Assembly (NCBI GenBank): GCA_017502165.1
Contig: JAFVVO010000012.1
Span: forward strand, 6,174-70,173
Source of the DNA: Clostridia bacterium
Lineage (GTDB): Bacteria > Bacillota > Clostridia > Christensenellales > QALW01
Length of the DNA: 64,000 nt
Reading direction: 5' to 3'
The notes below the pieces were generated by a model that saw nothing but the letters and a program-made list of their open reading frames with translations, was not told the DNA's origin and did no database searches. Position numbers and translations under genes: made by a program. Every line of letters begins with the position of its first letter. Positions within the stretch are counted from its first letter, which is position 1. Shown piece by piece: positions 43,102-53,484 of the stretch.

Positions 43102-46100
43102 TTATGTAAGCTTTACGGAAACGATTTTAGAAATACCCTTTTCCTCCATAGCCACGCCGTAAAGACTGTCCGCCTCTTCCATTGTGGGCTTGCGGTGAGT
43201 AATAACAACGAACTGCGTATCCTTTGAGAACTTACGCAAATACGTTGCAAAGTTACCAACGTTTGCTTCGTCAAGAGCCGCCTCAATTTCGTCTAAAATA
43301 CAGAATGGCGTGGGCTTAAGCTTAAGCATAGCAAACAGTATTGCAATAGCCGTAAGAGCTCTTTCGCCACCTGAAAGCAAGCTTAAAAGCTGAAGATTCT
43401 TTCCCGGAGGCTGTGCAACGATTTCAATATCTGCATCAAGGGAATTTTCGCCGTTCTGAAGCTTAAGCTCTGCTTTACCTCCGCCGAAAAGCTCGCTGAA
43501 GGTCTTGGTAAAGTGCTTATTAATAAGCTCAAACTGTTCCTTAAACTGCTTATCCATTTTCTTGATAAGCTCGTCGATTATGCCGCGAAGGTCACTTTCC
43601 GCCTTCTGAAGATCGTCTCTTTGGCTTGAAAGCGAATCAAATCTCTCCTTAGTTTCAACGTATTCCTCAATAGCGTTTACGTTTACGTTGCCGAGAGCAT
43701 TGATAGCCTTTTTAAGTCTGTTGATTTCCGTCTGCGCACCCGTCTGCTTAAAGTTAGGATCTCTGAACTCCTCAGCAGTAGCCTGAGTAAGCTCATATTC
43801 CTCCCAGATTCTGTTTTCAAGATATTGCAGGTCGTTGTCAACCTTTGCAACTGCAAGCTCAACCTTATGACGCTTTTCACCCGCATCGTAAATTTCCTGC
43901 TCAAAGCGTCTGCGCTTCTCTTCGTTTTCCTTAAGTAAGCCGTTAAGACTTTCTCTGATATTCTCCTGCGCTTTTTCAAGCTCGGACTGCTGAACAAGAG
44001 TTTCCTGCATATTGCCCGATTGAGCAATGCTTTCCTCTTTTTCCCTCTTAGCCTCTTCAAGCTGCTTTTGAAGCTTAACTCCCTCAGCCAGAAGAGCCAC
44101 CTTTGCCACTTCAAGATTTTCTATAAGCTCGCCCATACGCTGAGCGTTATTAACGATAGCGTCAAGCTCCTTTTCAAGTCCTGCGCACTCAATACGGGCA
44201 TCAGTAAGCTTTTGAACGAGCTTTTCCTTCTCAAGCTGCTTCTTATTATACTCAAACTGACGGGCGCTTATGCTTGATTGTGCCGTCGTGTTGGAGCTTT
44301 CAACCTCGCCCTGAGCCTTGTTGATGCGTTCAAGCTCTGCATCAATTTCCTTTAATGTGTCGTCAAGCTGCTCATTTTCAAGACGAAGCTCGTTTTCAGC
44401 ATCGAGATTACCCTGAAGGTCTGCCTTAAGGGAATGCAGCTTTTCAAAATCGTGGGCGAACTTAATATCAAGCTCGTGGATTTTTACGTCAATTTCGTTT
44501 ATCGCATCCTCAAAGGCCTTGGATTTGGAATCAAACTCCTTAAGATTATTTTGTACCTGAGCAATTTTTGCTCTTGCCTGGTCAATAACACCCTTAAGAC
44601 CTTCCATCTCACGCTCTCGGCCAAGAATGCTTGTAGTCTTCTGTCTGACGCTGCCGCCGCTCATAGAACCGCCTGCGTTTACAACGTCTCCCTTAAGAGT
44701 AACGATGCGCACTGAATGTGACGTTTTGCGCGCAATAGCAATACCCGTATCAAGATTATCGGTTATAACCGTTTTGCCTAAAAGGCTCTTGATGATTTCA
44801 TTGTATTTTGCATCAAAGGTAATCAAATCACTGGCAACGCCAAAGCAACCGTTTACCTTAATAGCGGATTTTTCCTGCTCGTTAATGCTCTTACCCCTTA
44901 TTGCAGAAATAGGCAAGAAAGTTGCTCTTCCCGAATCGGTTGCGCGCAAGAACTCAATTAAAGCCTTTGCATCCTCTTCAGTAGGAGTAACAATGTTCTG
45001 CATAGCACTGCCAAGAGCAGACTCAATAGCTACCTCAAACTTTTCATCAACGGAAATAAGCTCTGCAACAACACCGCAAATATGCTTGCGGATATTAGCG
45101 TCCTGCTCGCTCTTGGTAAGTAAGCGCTTAACCGAGAAATTAAAGCCTTCAAAATCGCGCTTTAATTCTTCAAGCACCTTTAATCTGGACTGTGCCTGAT
45201 CAACGGTTGTTTGTGCCTGAGCCAAGATAACGTCGGCATTTTCCTTTTGAGCGTTAAGCTCCTGCAATCCGTTTCTTTGGGCCTGCTTTTCGCTTTCAAG
45301 CTTTTCCTTTTCTCTGTCAAAAACGTCCGTATCAGACTTTTGCTCGTTAAGTGCCGCCTCAATATTCGTTCTTTGCAGGCGCAACTGCTCAACGGCAATT
45401 TCGATTTTTTCTTTTCTTGAAGCAATACTCGTTTTCATAGCTTCGCAACGGCTTATGCCCGACTTAACGTCCGAAAGCTTATTGATATTGGCAAGCATCT
45501 GCTCCTTTAAGGTTTCAAGCTCTGCACTTTCCTTGGCAAGCTCTTCCTCCTGAATTGCCGCTTCCTTTTCCAAAACAGCAATTTCCTGCTTCTTTTCCTC
45601 AATGGACGCGCGTTTCTGCTCCTCAACGCTACTGTCACCGTTTATGGCGTCCTCCATTGATTTTTTTCTTGCCTCGTTTGATTCAAGCTCCTTTTCAATT
45701 CTTTCAAGCTGACTGTTTATATTTTGGATTCTTTCATCTAAAACGCGCATCTGACCTGAAATATTTTCAGTTCCCGCAGTAAGCTCAAGAAGCTTATTTC
45801 TGATTTCGGCAAGCTCCGCCTCTTTGGCAGAAATCTTTTCTTCAAGCTCCTGATTTTCCACAGTAATCTTAGAAACGAACTCACTCTTTTCTGCCCGCTC
45901 CTGATCAATTCCCTCAAGCTGAAGATTATAAGCATTTCTTCTCTGCTCTGCCAGCTCATTCTGAACGAGATAATAGTTAACCTCTATGGCTCTGAGCTGC
46001 TCGCGAAGGCCTAAATATTCCTTGGCCGTTTCAGCCTGCTGACCTAAAGGCTCAATGCGCTCTTCTAACGTATCAATAATATCGTTAATTCTGACAAGAT

Positions 46101-46659
46101 TATCGCAGGTATGTTGAAGCTTACGCTCCGCCTCGTTTTTACGGGTTTTGTATTTTACAATACCTGCCGCCTCTTCGAAAACAGAACGCCTTTCCTCCTG
46201 CTTACCTGACAAAATATTTTCAATTTTACCCTGACCAACTATTGAATAGCCTTCCTTACCTATACCGGTATCCTGGAACAAGGTTACAATATCCTTAAGT
46301 CTGCAGCCGGTACGGTTTATGTAATATTCACTTTCACCGCTTCTGTAAAGGCGGCGTGTAATAACTACCTCAGAATATTCAATATCAAGACCCTTGTCCT
46401 CATTATCGAAAACAAGGGAAACCTCGCAGTATGATAAAGGCTTACGGCTTTCTGTACCCTTAAAAATAACGTCCGCCATATTAGCGCCGCGAAGCTGCTT
46501 AGCGCTTTGCTCACCTAAAACCCAACGAACTGCGTCGCTTACGTTACTTTTACCGCTTCCGTTAGGGCCTACAATGGCAGTTATTCCGTTAGAAAAGCTT
46601 ATATCAAGTCTTTCTGCAAAGGACTTAAAGCCAAACACTTCTAATCGTTTAAGAAACAT
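43102..46659 (-). CDS. smc: chromosome partition protein Smc
   Basis: 1185 aa with Walker A GPNGSGKSN, long coiled coils, a hinge, and the C-terminal LSGGE/ILDEIEAALD. Confidence 0.95.
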   Translation of the reverse strand: MFLKRLEVFGFKSFAERLDISFSNGITAIVGPNGSGKSNVSDAVRWVLGEQSAKQLRGANMADVIFKGTESRKPLSYCEVSLVFDNEDKGLDIEYSEVVITRRLYRSGESEYYINRTGCRLKDIVTLFQDTGIGKEGYSIVGQGKIENILSGKQEERRSVFEEAAGIVKYKTRKNEAERKLQHTCDNLVRINDIIDTLEERIEPLGQQAETAKEYLGLREQLRAIEVNYYLVQNELAEQRRNAYNLQLEGIDQERAEKSEFVSKITVENQELEEKISAKEAELAEIRNKLLELTAGTENISGQMRVLDERIQNINSQLERIEKELESNEARKKSMEDAINGDSSVEEQKRASIEEKKQEIAVLEKEAAIQEEELAKESAELETLKEQMLANINKLSDVKSGISRCEAMKTSIASRKEKIEIAVEQLRLQRTNIEAALNEQKSDTDVFDREKEKLESEKQAQRNGLQELNAQKENADVILAQAQTTVDQAQSRLKVLEELKRDFEGFNFSVKRLLTKSEQDANIRKHICGVVAELISVDEKFEVAIESALGSAMQNIVTPTEEDAKALIEFLRATDSGRATFLPISAIRGKSINEQEKSAIKVNGCFGVASDLITFDAKYNEIIKSLLGKTVITDNLDTGIAIARKTSHSVRIVTLKGDVVNAGGSMSGGSVRQKTTSILGREREMEGLKGVIDQARAKIAQVQNNLKEFDSKSKAFEDAINEIDVKIHELDIKFAHDFEKLHSLKADLQGNLDAENELRLENEQLDDTLKEIDAELERINKAQGEVESSNTTAQSSISARQFEYNKKQLEKEKLVQKLTDARIECAGLEKELDAIVNNAQRMGELIENLEVAKVALLAEGVKLQKQLEEAKREKEESIAQSGNMQETLVQQSELEKAQENIRESLNGLLKENEEKRRRFEQEIYDAGEKRHKVELAVAKVDNDLQYLENRIWEEYELTQATAEEFRDPNFKQTGAQTEINRLKKAINALGNVNVNAIEEYVETKERFDSLSSQRDDLQKAESDLRGIIDELIKKMDKQFKEQFELINKHFTKTFSELFGGGKAELKLQNGENSLDADIEIVAQPPGKNLQLLSLLSGGERALTAIAILFAMLKLKPTPFCILDEIEAALDEANVGNFATYLRKFSKDTQFVVITHRKPTMEEADSLYGVAMEEKGISKIVSVKLT

Positions 46660-46671
46660 TTTTCCTCCAAA

Positions 46672-47337
46672 TTACTTCACCAAGGAAGTATACGCTTTTT
46701 TTGCGGCAGCCTGCTCTGCCCTCTTTTTACTTGTGCCGCTACCCTCACCAAGCAGTTCACCGTTACAGTAAACCTCAACGGTAAAAACTGAATTGTGTGA
46801 AGGTCCTACAACACTTACAGGTCTGTATTCAACGCTTACGGTCCCGTTACGGAACAAATATTCCTGCAACGCCGTCTTAAAATCCGAAGGTCTCTCATAG
46901 GCCTCCTCAATCACTTCCTTAAGCACCGTAAGGATTACCCCTTTAGCGCTTTCAAATCCGCCGTCAAGATAAACTGCGGCAAAAAGCGATTCCAAGGTGT
47001 CCGAGAGTACACTTGGCTTCCTTGCTCCTCCCGACGCCCTCTCTCCTGCTCCTAAAAGCACGAAATCGTAAAGACCTATTTGCTCAGCCGCTTCCGACAA
47101 AGGCTCCTCCGAAACGATAGACGCCCGCAGGCGTGTCAGCTTGCCCTCGTCGAAATCGGGATATTTTTCAAAAATAAACCCGCTTATTACGTTTTCAAGT
47201 ACAGCATCACCTAAAAATTCAAGACGTTGATTATTTTTAACGTTATGCTCTGCTGAATACGAACAGTGAGTAAGGGCAAGGTTCAACAGCTCTTTATTCT
47301 TGAACTTATACCCTATTCTTGATTCTAAATCCATCAT
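46672..47337 (-). CDS. rnc: ribonuclease III
   Basis: 221 aa with the signature NQRLEFLGDAVL and a C-terminal dsRBD. Confidence 0.95.
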   Translation of the reverse strand: MMDLESRIGYKFKNKELLNLALTHCSYSAEHNVKNNQRLEFLGDAVLENVISGFIFEKYPDFDEGKLTRLRASIVSEEPLSEAAEQIGLYDFVLLGAGERASGGARKPSVLSDTLESLFAAVYLDGGFESAKGVILTVLKEVIEEAYERPSDFKTALQEYLFRNGTVSVEYRPVSVVGPSHNSVFTVEVYCNGELLGEGSGTSKKRAEQAAAKKAYTSLVK

Positions 47338-47381
47338 TTATTTTCCTTTTTTGCGCGTGACGCAATCTTCAAATAATGCGT

Positions 47382-47411
47382 CTAAGCACAGGCTTATTCG
47401 CCTGTGCTTAG
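47382..47411 (-). other. perfect 12-bp-stem hairpin between acpP and rnc
   Basis: CTAAGCACAGGC-N6-GCCTGTGCTTAG. No clean U-tract follows on the minus strand. Confidence 0.5.
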
Positions 47412-47427
47412 AATATTTTGTTTGTTG

Positions 47428-47655
47428 TTAGTTTTTCTTGTTTTCTATGTAAGCAACAATGTCACCAACGGTCTTAAGACTGTCAAGGTCATCCTCGGCA
47501 ATTTCAATACCGTAGTTCTCCTCAACCTCAAGCAGCAGAGTTGCAATATCCATTGAATCTGCCTTAAGATCTGTAATAAGATTGCTCTCAGCGGTAACGA
47601 TTGCCTCGTCAACGTTAAGCATTTCAGCTATCTGGCTTTTGATTTCTTCAAACAT
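47428..47655 (-). CDS. acpP: acyl carrier protein
   Basis: 75 aa with the phosphopantetheine site LKADSMD. Confidence 0.95.
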   Translation of the reverse strand: MFEEIKSQIAEMLNVDEAIVTAESNLITDLKADSMDIATLLLEVEENYGIEIAEDDLDSLKTVGDIVAYIENKKN

Positions 47656-47685
47656 AATAATCCTCCTAAAAAATATAAAGACAAT

Positions 47686-48702
47686 TTATTCATTAACAGT
47701 CATCTTGGGAATATTTTCCTTAATAATTCCCACAACGTCTGCTTGAACTATTTTTATGGCCTGGTCAATGGTAGGACCAACCGTCTTTGCCTTTGCCGAG
47801 CCGTGTCCCTTTATAACAACGCCGTCAATTCCAAGTAAGGGAGCTCCGCCGTAAGCGTTATAGTCAATGGCCTGCTTCAACTCCTTAAGTGCAGGCTTAA
47901 GAAGCAGCGCGCCTATTTTACAACGAAGAGAAGAAGTAAAGCTCTTTTTCATCGTGGAAATTATAAACTCGCCAAAGCCTTCAAGCCCCTTCATCATAAA
48001 GTTACCTGCAAAGCCGTCGGAAACCATAACGTCAACTCTGTCAACAATATCTCTTCCCTCTGCGTTACCTAAGAAGTTAACCAGATTCTGCTCTCTGATT
48101 AGTGCCAGAGCCTCTTTCGTTACCTCATTGCCCTTGGCGTCCTCAGTGCCAACACTTGCAAGGCCAACCTTGGGATTTTCCACGCCTACTACCTTTTCCA
48201 TATAGATACTGCCCATAACCGCAAACTGAGCTAAATTATTAGGCTTACAATCCATATTGGCGCCGCAGTCAATAAGCATTACGCCCTTGTTTTTGTTAGG
48301 AAGCACAGGTGCAAGTGCAGGGCGGATAATCCCCTTTATTCTGCCCACTCTCAGCTGAGCACAGGCAAGGCACGCCCCGGTAGAGCCAAAGGTAATAAAT
48401 GCATCACCTTTTTTTTCTTTAAGTAAAAGCTGGCCGACCACCATTGAAGAATTTTTCTTTTTTCTTATGGCTTCAACGGGATGCTCGTCCATAGAAATAA
48501 CTTCGGGAGCATCAACAATTTCCACTCTGTCAGAGGGATAATCATACTTCGAAAGCTCCTCTTCAACCGCCTTAAGCTGACCGGTCAAAATAACCGAAAA
48601 GTCATCTCTTGCATTAAGACTTTCAACAACGCCCTTAACTATTTCTAAAGGTGCATTATCTCCGCCCATAGCATCAATAATAAGTTTCATTTTCTCACTC
48701 AC
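47686..48702 (-). CDS. plsX: phosphate acyltransferase PlsX
   Basis: 338 aa, beginning IIDAMGGDNAP, PlsX-like throughout. Confidence 0.95.
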   Translation of the reverse strand: MSEKMKLIIDAMGGDNAPLEIVKGVVESLNARDDFSVILTGQLKAVEEELSKYDYPSDRVEIVDAPEVISMDEHPVEAIRKKKNSSMVVGQLLLKEKKGDAFITFGSTGACLACAQLRVGRIKGIIRPALAPVLPNKNKGVMLIDCGANMDCKPNNLAQFAVMGSIYMEKVVGVENPKVGLASVGTEDAKGNEVTKEALALIREQNLVNFLGNAEGRDIVDRVDVMVSDGFAGNFMMKGLEGFGEFIISTMKKSFTSSLRCKIGALLLKPALKELKQAIDYNAYGGAPLLGIDGVVIKGHGSAKAKTVGPTIDQAIKIVQADVVGIIKENIPKMTVNE

Positions 48703-49664
48703 CTTGAAAGAATTTCTGCAATTTCGAAAAGCTCTTGGTTGATTTCTTTTTTCATATCACAGGCTTCAATAATATCCATATCAAAAAGCTGCCCGTTTTT
48801 AACGCCTACGCATCTGCCGCCGATTCCCTTAGCAACAAGCTTAATTGCATGCATTCCGAAACGGCTTGCCAATAAAATATCGCTTGCAGTAGGTGAACCT
48901 CCGCGCTGAATATAACCTAAAACCGTAACTCTGGGGTCCATTGTAGTTCTTGCTTTAATTTCCTGTGCAAGAGCCGTACCCTTTGCGCCGCCCTCAGCAG
49001 TAATAACAATGCTGGAAGCCTTGCCTAATTCTCTGCCGTGAACAAGCTTTTCACAAAGAGCCTCAACGCTCCACTGTCTTTCGGGAAGAACGATATACTC
49101 CGCACCTCCGCAAAGACCTGCGTAAAGAGCAATATCACCGCAACGGTTACCCATAACCTCAATAATACTAACACGCTCATGGCTTGCCATGGTATCACGA
49201 ATTTTTGCAACCGCCTCAATAACCGTGTTAACCGCAGTATCAAAACCGAGAGTAAAATCGGTAAACGCAAGGTCATTATCAATAGTTGCGGGAATTCCTA
49301 TTGCAGGAACGCCCCTTTCCGTCAGACTGCGGCAGCCTCTGAATGAGCCGTCACCGCCAATAACAACGATACCGCAAATGTTATTTTTCTTAATATTTTC
49401 AAGTGCCTTGTTCATACCCTCTTCAGTCTTAAACTCAAGACAACGGGCTGTTCTGAGCATTGTGCCGCCCTTGTTGATTATATTACCTACCGAACGGTTA
49501 TCAAGGGACACCATTTCGTTATCAATTAAACCGTTATAGCCTCTGATAACGCCAACCATCTCAAAACCGGCAGCAATACCGTTACGAACAACCGAACGAA
49601 TACAAGCATTCATTCCGGGAGCGTCACCGCCGCTTGTAAGCACCGCAATTCTCTTTTTTTCCAT
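48699..49664 (-). CDS. pfkA: ATP-dependent 6-phosphofructokinase
   Basis: 321 aa with RIAVLTSGGDAPGMNA, GGDGS and PATIDND. Confidence 0.95.
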   Translation of the reverse strand: MEKKRIAVLTSGGDAPGMNACIRSVVRNGIAAGFEMVGVIRGYNGLIDNEMVSLDNRSVGNIINKGGTMLRTARCLEFKTEEGMNKALENIKKNNICGIVVIGGDGSFRGCRSLTERGVPAIGIPATIDNDLAFTDFTLGFDTAVNTVIEAVAKIRDTMASHERVSIIEVMGNRCGDIALYAGLCGGAEYIVLPERQWSVEALCEKLVHGRELGKASSIVITAEGGAKGTALAQEIKARTTMDPRVTVLGYIQRGGSPTASDILLASRFGMHAIKLVAKGIGGRCVGVKNGQLFDMDIIEACDMKKEINQELFEIAEILSR

Positions 49665-49745
49665 GCAAAAATTCTCCTTAAAATCCTAAAAAATAAATAC
49701 GAAGTTATTATATCATCTTTGCGGTATTTTGACCAGTATTTTAAG

Positions 49746-52700
49746 CTATTTTTTTACGATTTTTACGTTTTCCGCGCCAAAAATTTCCTTCAGCTTGTTA
49801 AACTCTGCGCTATCAACGTCTATTTTGTTCAAAACCGTATTTTTCGACCTCTGTTTTTCAAAATAGAACACCAAACTGCCCGAGCCGTGCATATTCTCAA
49901 GCTCCTGCTTGTAGGGTTGAACGGAAGACTCGTTTTTATCGTTAATTCTCACCCACACCTCAACGGATTCCGCTTCCACGTCCTCACTTGCAGGTGTTAT
50001 GGCGTTAATCAAAACCGTAGGCTGTTCCTCATCTCGAATGCTCAGCTTACCCGAAACCGTAACGATAGCATCCTCATAGATGTACGAAGAGCATTTTGTT
50101 AAGGTAGCGGGAAAAACAAGACCGGTAATGCCCGAGAACAAATCTTCAACGGTAACAAACGCCATCATTGAACCGCTTTTCGTGGCCTTTTTACGAACGG
50201 ACGTAATAATGCCGATAAATCTGACGTCCTTATTATCCAAAGACATCATTTCGTCGGTAATAATACTCTCTCCGCCCTCGTCCGTTTCAGAAACAATCTT
50301 CGAAAGATCAAATCCGAGAGCCTTAACCTGCTCCTTATATCTTTCCAAGGGATGACCGCTTAAGTAAACGCCAAGCATTTCCTTTTCAAGTGCAAGGAAC
50401 TGAAGCCTCGGATACTCACCAGTTTCACGAATAGTCTGTACCTGAATTTCCTGCTTAACGTCATCATTATCAAACAGCGAAAGCTGACCTTCTACGGAAT
50501 TTTTATTTCTGTTTACAGCAGAATCAATTACCGCCTCAAAGCCGTTAAGCAAGCTGCGGCGGGAAAATCCCGTAAAATCGAATGCGCCTGCTTTTATAAG
50601 GCTTTCGACCATTCGCTTGTTAACGTCACCCATTAAAGCCGTACGCTCCGCAAAATCGTCTAAAGACTCAAACTTTCCGTTTGCTTCTCTTTCTTTTACG
50701 ATTGATTTTACGCCTGAAATTCCAACGTTTTTAACTGCGCTGAGGCCAAAGCGAATAGCATTTTCACCCATAGGAGAAAAGCCTGAAACACTTGAATTTA
50801 TATCCGGCGGAAGCACCTGAATATTGTTTTCGCGGCAGTAATGAATGTACCGCGCAGTTTTAGCTTCGTCACCAAGCAAGCTATTGAGCATAGCCGCCAT
50901 AAATTCAAGAGGATAATAGCATTTCAAGTACGCAGTTTGATATGCAACAACCGCATATGCCGCCGCGTGGGACTTATTAAATGCATACTGCGCGAAAACT
51001 GCAATTTTATCGAATATTTCGTTAGCGGTTTTCTCGTCAATACCGTTTCTTACTGCGCCGGGAACGGTAACCTTTCCGTCCTCAACCAAGCCGTGAATAA
51101 ATACCTGACGCTCAAATTCCATAGCTTTCTGGTCTTTTTTACTCATCGCTCTGCGCATTATATCGCTTCTGCCCAAAGAATACCCGGCAACGTCACGCAC
51201 GATCTGCATAACCTGCTCCTGATACACCATACAGCCGTAGGTAACCTCAAGAATATTCTTCATAATGGGATGCTGATATTCCACTTTTTCGGGATTTTCC
51301 TTACCGAAAATGTATTTTGGAATACTGTCCATCGGTCCCGGACGGTAAAGCGCAATACCTGCCACAATATCCTCGAAGCAGGAAGGCTTAAGCTCCTTCA
51401 TAAATGAGCGCATACCGTTACTTTCAAGCTGGAATACGCCGTCGCACTCTCCAAGACCGATAAGCTTATACACGTTAGCATCATCAAAGCTGACAGTAGA
51501 TAGATCGAGTTTTTTGCCCGTGCGCTGGAAAATAAAATCCAAGGTATCGCGAATAACTGTAAGGGTACGCAAGCCCAAAAAGTCCATTTTCAAAAGGCCT
51601 AATTGCTCAAGATACTTTGCCACGTACTGTGTTGCCACCATTTCGCCGTTTACGCAAAGAGGCACGTAGGTGTCAACGGGATTTTTAGAAATAACTACGC
51701 CTGCGGCGTGGGTAGAAGCATTTCTCGGCAGACCTTCAAGGCGTTTGGCAAAATTCATCAGCTTTTCAACCTGAGGATCCGAGCAAGCATCGCGCAACTC
51801 AGGATTTACCTCCAACGCCCTGTCAAGAGTTACGCCAAGCTCTCTTGGCACCATTTTGGCAATTTTGTCAACTGCCGCATAAGGCATATTCAGCACTCTG
51901 CCAACGTCACGGATAGCCGCGCGAGCCTTCATCGTACCGAAGGTTGCAATCTGTGCTACGTGGTCAACACCATATTTCCGTTTAACGTATTCAATAACCT
52001 CACCGCGTCTTTCATAGCAGAAATCCACGTCAAAGTCGGGCATTGATACACGCTCAGGATTTAAGAATCTCTCAAAAAGAAGATTGTATTTTAATGGGTC
52101 AATATTTGTTATTCCTATAGCGTACGCAACAAGGCTTCCCGCGCCGCTTCCTCGGCCGGGACCTACAACAATATCAACACTTTTGGCGTAATTGATGTAA
52201 TCCCACACAATAAGGTAGTACTCAACGTAGCCCATACGCTTTATCATATTAAACTCATATTCAAAACGCTCGCGTATTTCGGGAGTTATCTCGGGGTATT
52301 TCTTCTCAAGCCCCTCATAGCCTAATTTATATAAGTATTCCGCCGCAGTAAGTCCGTCAGGCACCTCATAGTACGGAATATGGATATTTCCGAATTCAAA
52401 TTCGAAATTGCATTTATCAGCAATTTCTACAGTATTAGCCAAGGCTTCAGGAACAAAATCAAATAACTCTGCCATCTCTTCGGGAGATTTTAAGTAAAAT
52501 TGCTCCGTAGAAAACCTCATTCTTGCAGGGTCATCCATAGTCTTACCCGTCTGAACACACAAGAGAACGTCGTGCATTTCGGCGTCGTCCTTATTAACGT
52601 AATGTACGTCGTTAGTTGCAACCAATGGCAACTCAAGTTCACGTGCAAGCTTGATAAGCAGGGGCAAAATCTGCTTTTGCTCTGCTATGCCGTGGTCCTG

Positions 52701-53219
52701 AATTTCAATATAAAAATCATCCTTGAAAGCATCCTTAAGCCTTTGGGCAAGCTCCTTTGCCGCTTCATAATTTCCGTTAAGAAGCAGCTGAGGAATGTCA
52801 CCTGCAAGGCAAGCTGAAAGACATATTAAGCCTTCCGTATGCTTCTCAAGTAAATCGTAATCGATCCTCGGCTTATAATAATAACCTTCGGTGTATGCCA
52901 GGGAAACAAGCTTGATCAGGTTTTCATATCCTGTTGTATCCTTTGCTAAAAGAATAAGGTGAGCGTACTCCTTATCCGTCTTTCCCTGCTTATCAAATCT
53001 ACTGCGGGGAGCAACGTAAAGCTCACACCCAATAATAGGCTTTATTCCTTGTTTTTGGGCTTCCTTAAAGAATTCCACCGCACCAAACATAACACCGTGG
53101 TCCGTAATAGCCAAAGCCTTCATACCCAAATTTTTGGCAGCAGAAATGACCTCATCAATTCGTGAGGCTCCGTCAAGCAAGCTATATTCAGTATGGGTGT
53201 GAAGATGTACAAATTCCAT
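49746..53219 (-). CDS. dnaE: DNA polymerase III alpha subunit (DnaE type)
   Basis: 1157 aa with an N-terminal PHP domain (FVHLHTHTEYSLLDG), a polymerase core and an OB fold. Confidence 0.95.
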   Translation of the reverse strand: MEFVHLHTHTEYSLLDGASRIDEVISAAKNLGMKALAITDHGVMFGAVEFFKEAQKQGIKPIIGCELYVAPRSRFDKQGKTDKEYAHLILLAKDTTGYENLIKLVSLAYTEGYYYKPRIDYDLLEKHTEGLICLSACLAGDIPQLLLNGNYEAAKELAQRLKDAFKDDFYIEIQDHGIAEQKQILPLLIKLARELELPLVATNDVHYVNKDDAEMHDVLLCVQTGKTMDDPARMRFSTEQFYLKSPEEMAELFDFVPEALANTVEIADKCNFEFEFGNIHIPYYEVPDGLTAAEYLYKLGYEGLEKKYPEITPEIRERFEYEFNMIKRMGYVEYYLIVWDYINYAKSVDIVVGPGRGSGAGSLVAYAIGITNIDPLKYNLLFERFLNPERVSMPDFDVDFCYERRGEVIEYVKRKYGVDHVAQIATFGTMKARAAIRDVGRVLNMPYAAVDKIAKMVPRELGVTLDRALEVNPELRDACSDPQVEKLMNFAKRLEGLPRNASTHAAGVVISKNPVDTYVPLCVNGEMVATQYVAKYLEQLGLLKMDFLGLRTLTVIRDTLDFIFQRTGKKLDLSTVSFDDANVYKLIGLGECDGVFQLESNGMRSFMKELKPSCFEDIVAGIALYRPGPMDSIPKYIFGKENPEKVEYQHPIMKNILEVTYGCMVYQEQVMQIVRDVAGYSLGRSDIMRRAMSKKDQKAMEFERQVFIHGLVEDGKVTVPGAVRNGIDEKTANEIFDKIAVFAQYAFNKSHAAAYAVVAYQTAYLKCYYPLEFMAAMLNSLLGDEAKTARYIHYCRENNIQVLPPDINSSVSGFSPMGENAIRFGLSAVKNVGISGVKSIVKEREANGKFESLDDFAERTALMGDVNKRMVESLIKAGAFDFTGFSRRSLLNGFEAVIDSAVNRNKNSVEGQLSLFDNDDVKQEIQVQTIRETGEYPRLQFLALEKEMLGVYLSGHPLERYKEQVKALGFDLSKIVSETDEGGESIITDEMMSLDNKDVRFIGIITSVRKKATKSGSMMAFVTVEDLFSGITGLVFPATLTKCSSYIYEDAIVTVSGKLSIRDEEQPTVLINAITPASEDVEAESVEVWVRINDKNESSVQPYKQELENMHGSGSLVFYFEKQRSKNTVLNKIDVDSAEFNKLKEIFGAENVKIVKK

Positions 53220-53461
53220 TATACTAAAAGAGTTCCTTTTATAAGTTTAATTGCGTCAGCGGCTTCCGCTCCCTCAGCAATAACAGTTAAGTTATCACCT
53301 TTTTTAAGGTTAACCGCTATCATCCCCATAACGCTGCGGGCATTAACCCTTTGATTATTCTGTTCGATATACGCTCTGCAATCAAGCTTTGAAAGCTTTT
53401 CGCAGAGATCTCCTATTTTTTCGGGAATTATCTCTTTGGTAACTGTAATATTCTCTTTCAT
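53219..53461 (-). CDS. HPr-like protein lacking the His15 site (Crh-like)
   Basis: 80 aa. The Ser46 region is conserved (RVNARSVMGMIAV) but the GLHARPA region is replaced by IPEKIGDL. It occupies the crh position after whiA. Confidence 0.7.
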   Translation of the reverse strand: MKENITVTKEIIPEKIGDLCEKLSKLDCRAYIEQNNQRVNARSVMGMIAVNLKKGDNLTVIAEGAEAADAIKLIKGTLLV

Positions 53462-53484
53462 AAAATCACTCCTGAAAATATAAA

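Noticed and set aside
43102-46659. Many 70-190-aa ORFs in other frames and strands of smc might indicate nested genes.
   Set aside because: The coiled-coil coding sequence is E/K/L/Q-rich and has few stop codons in the alternate frames. No independent signals (RBS, motifs) support any of these ORFs.
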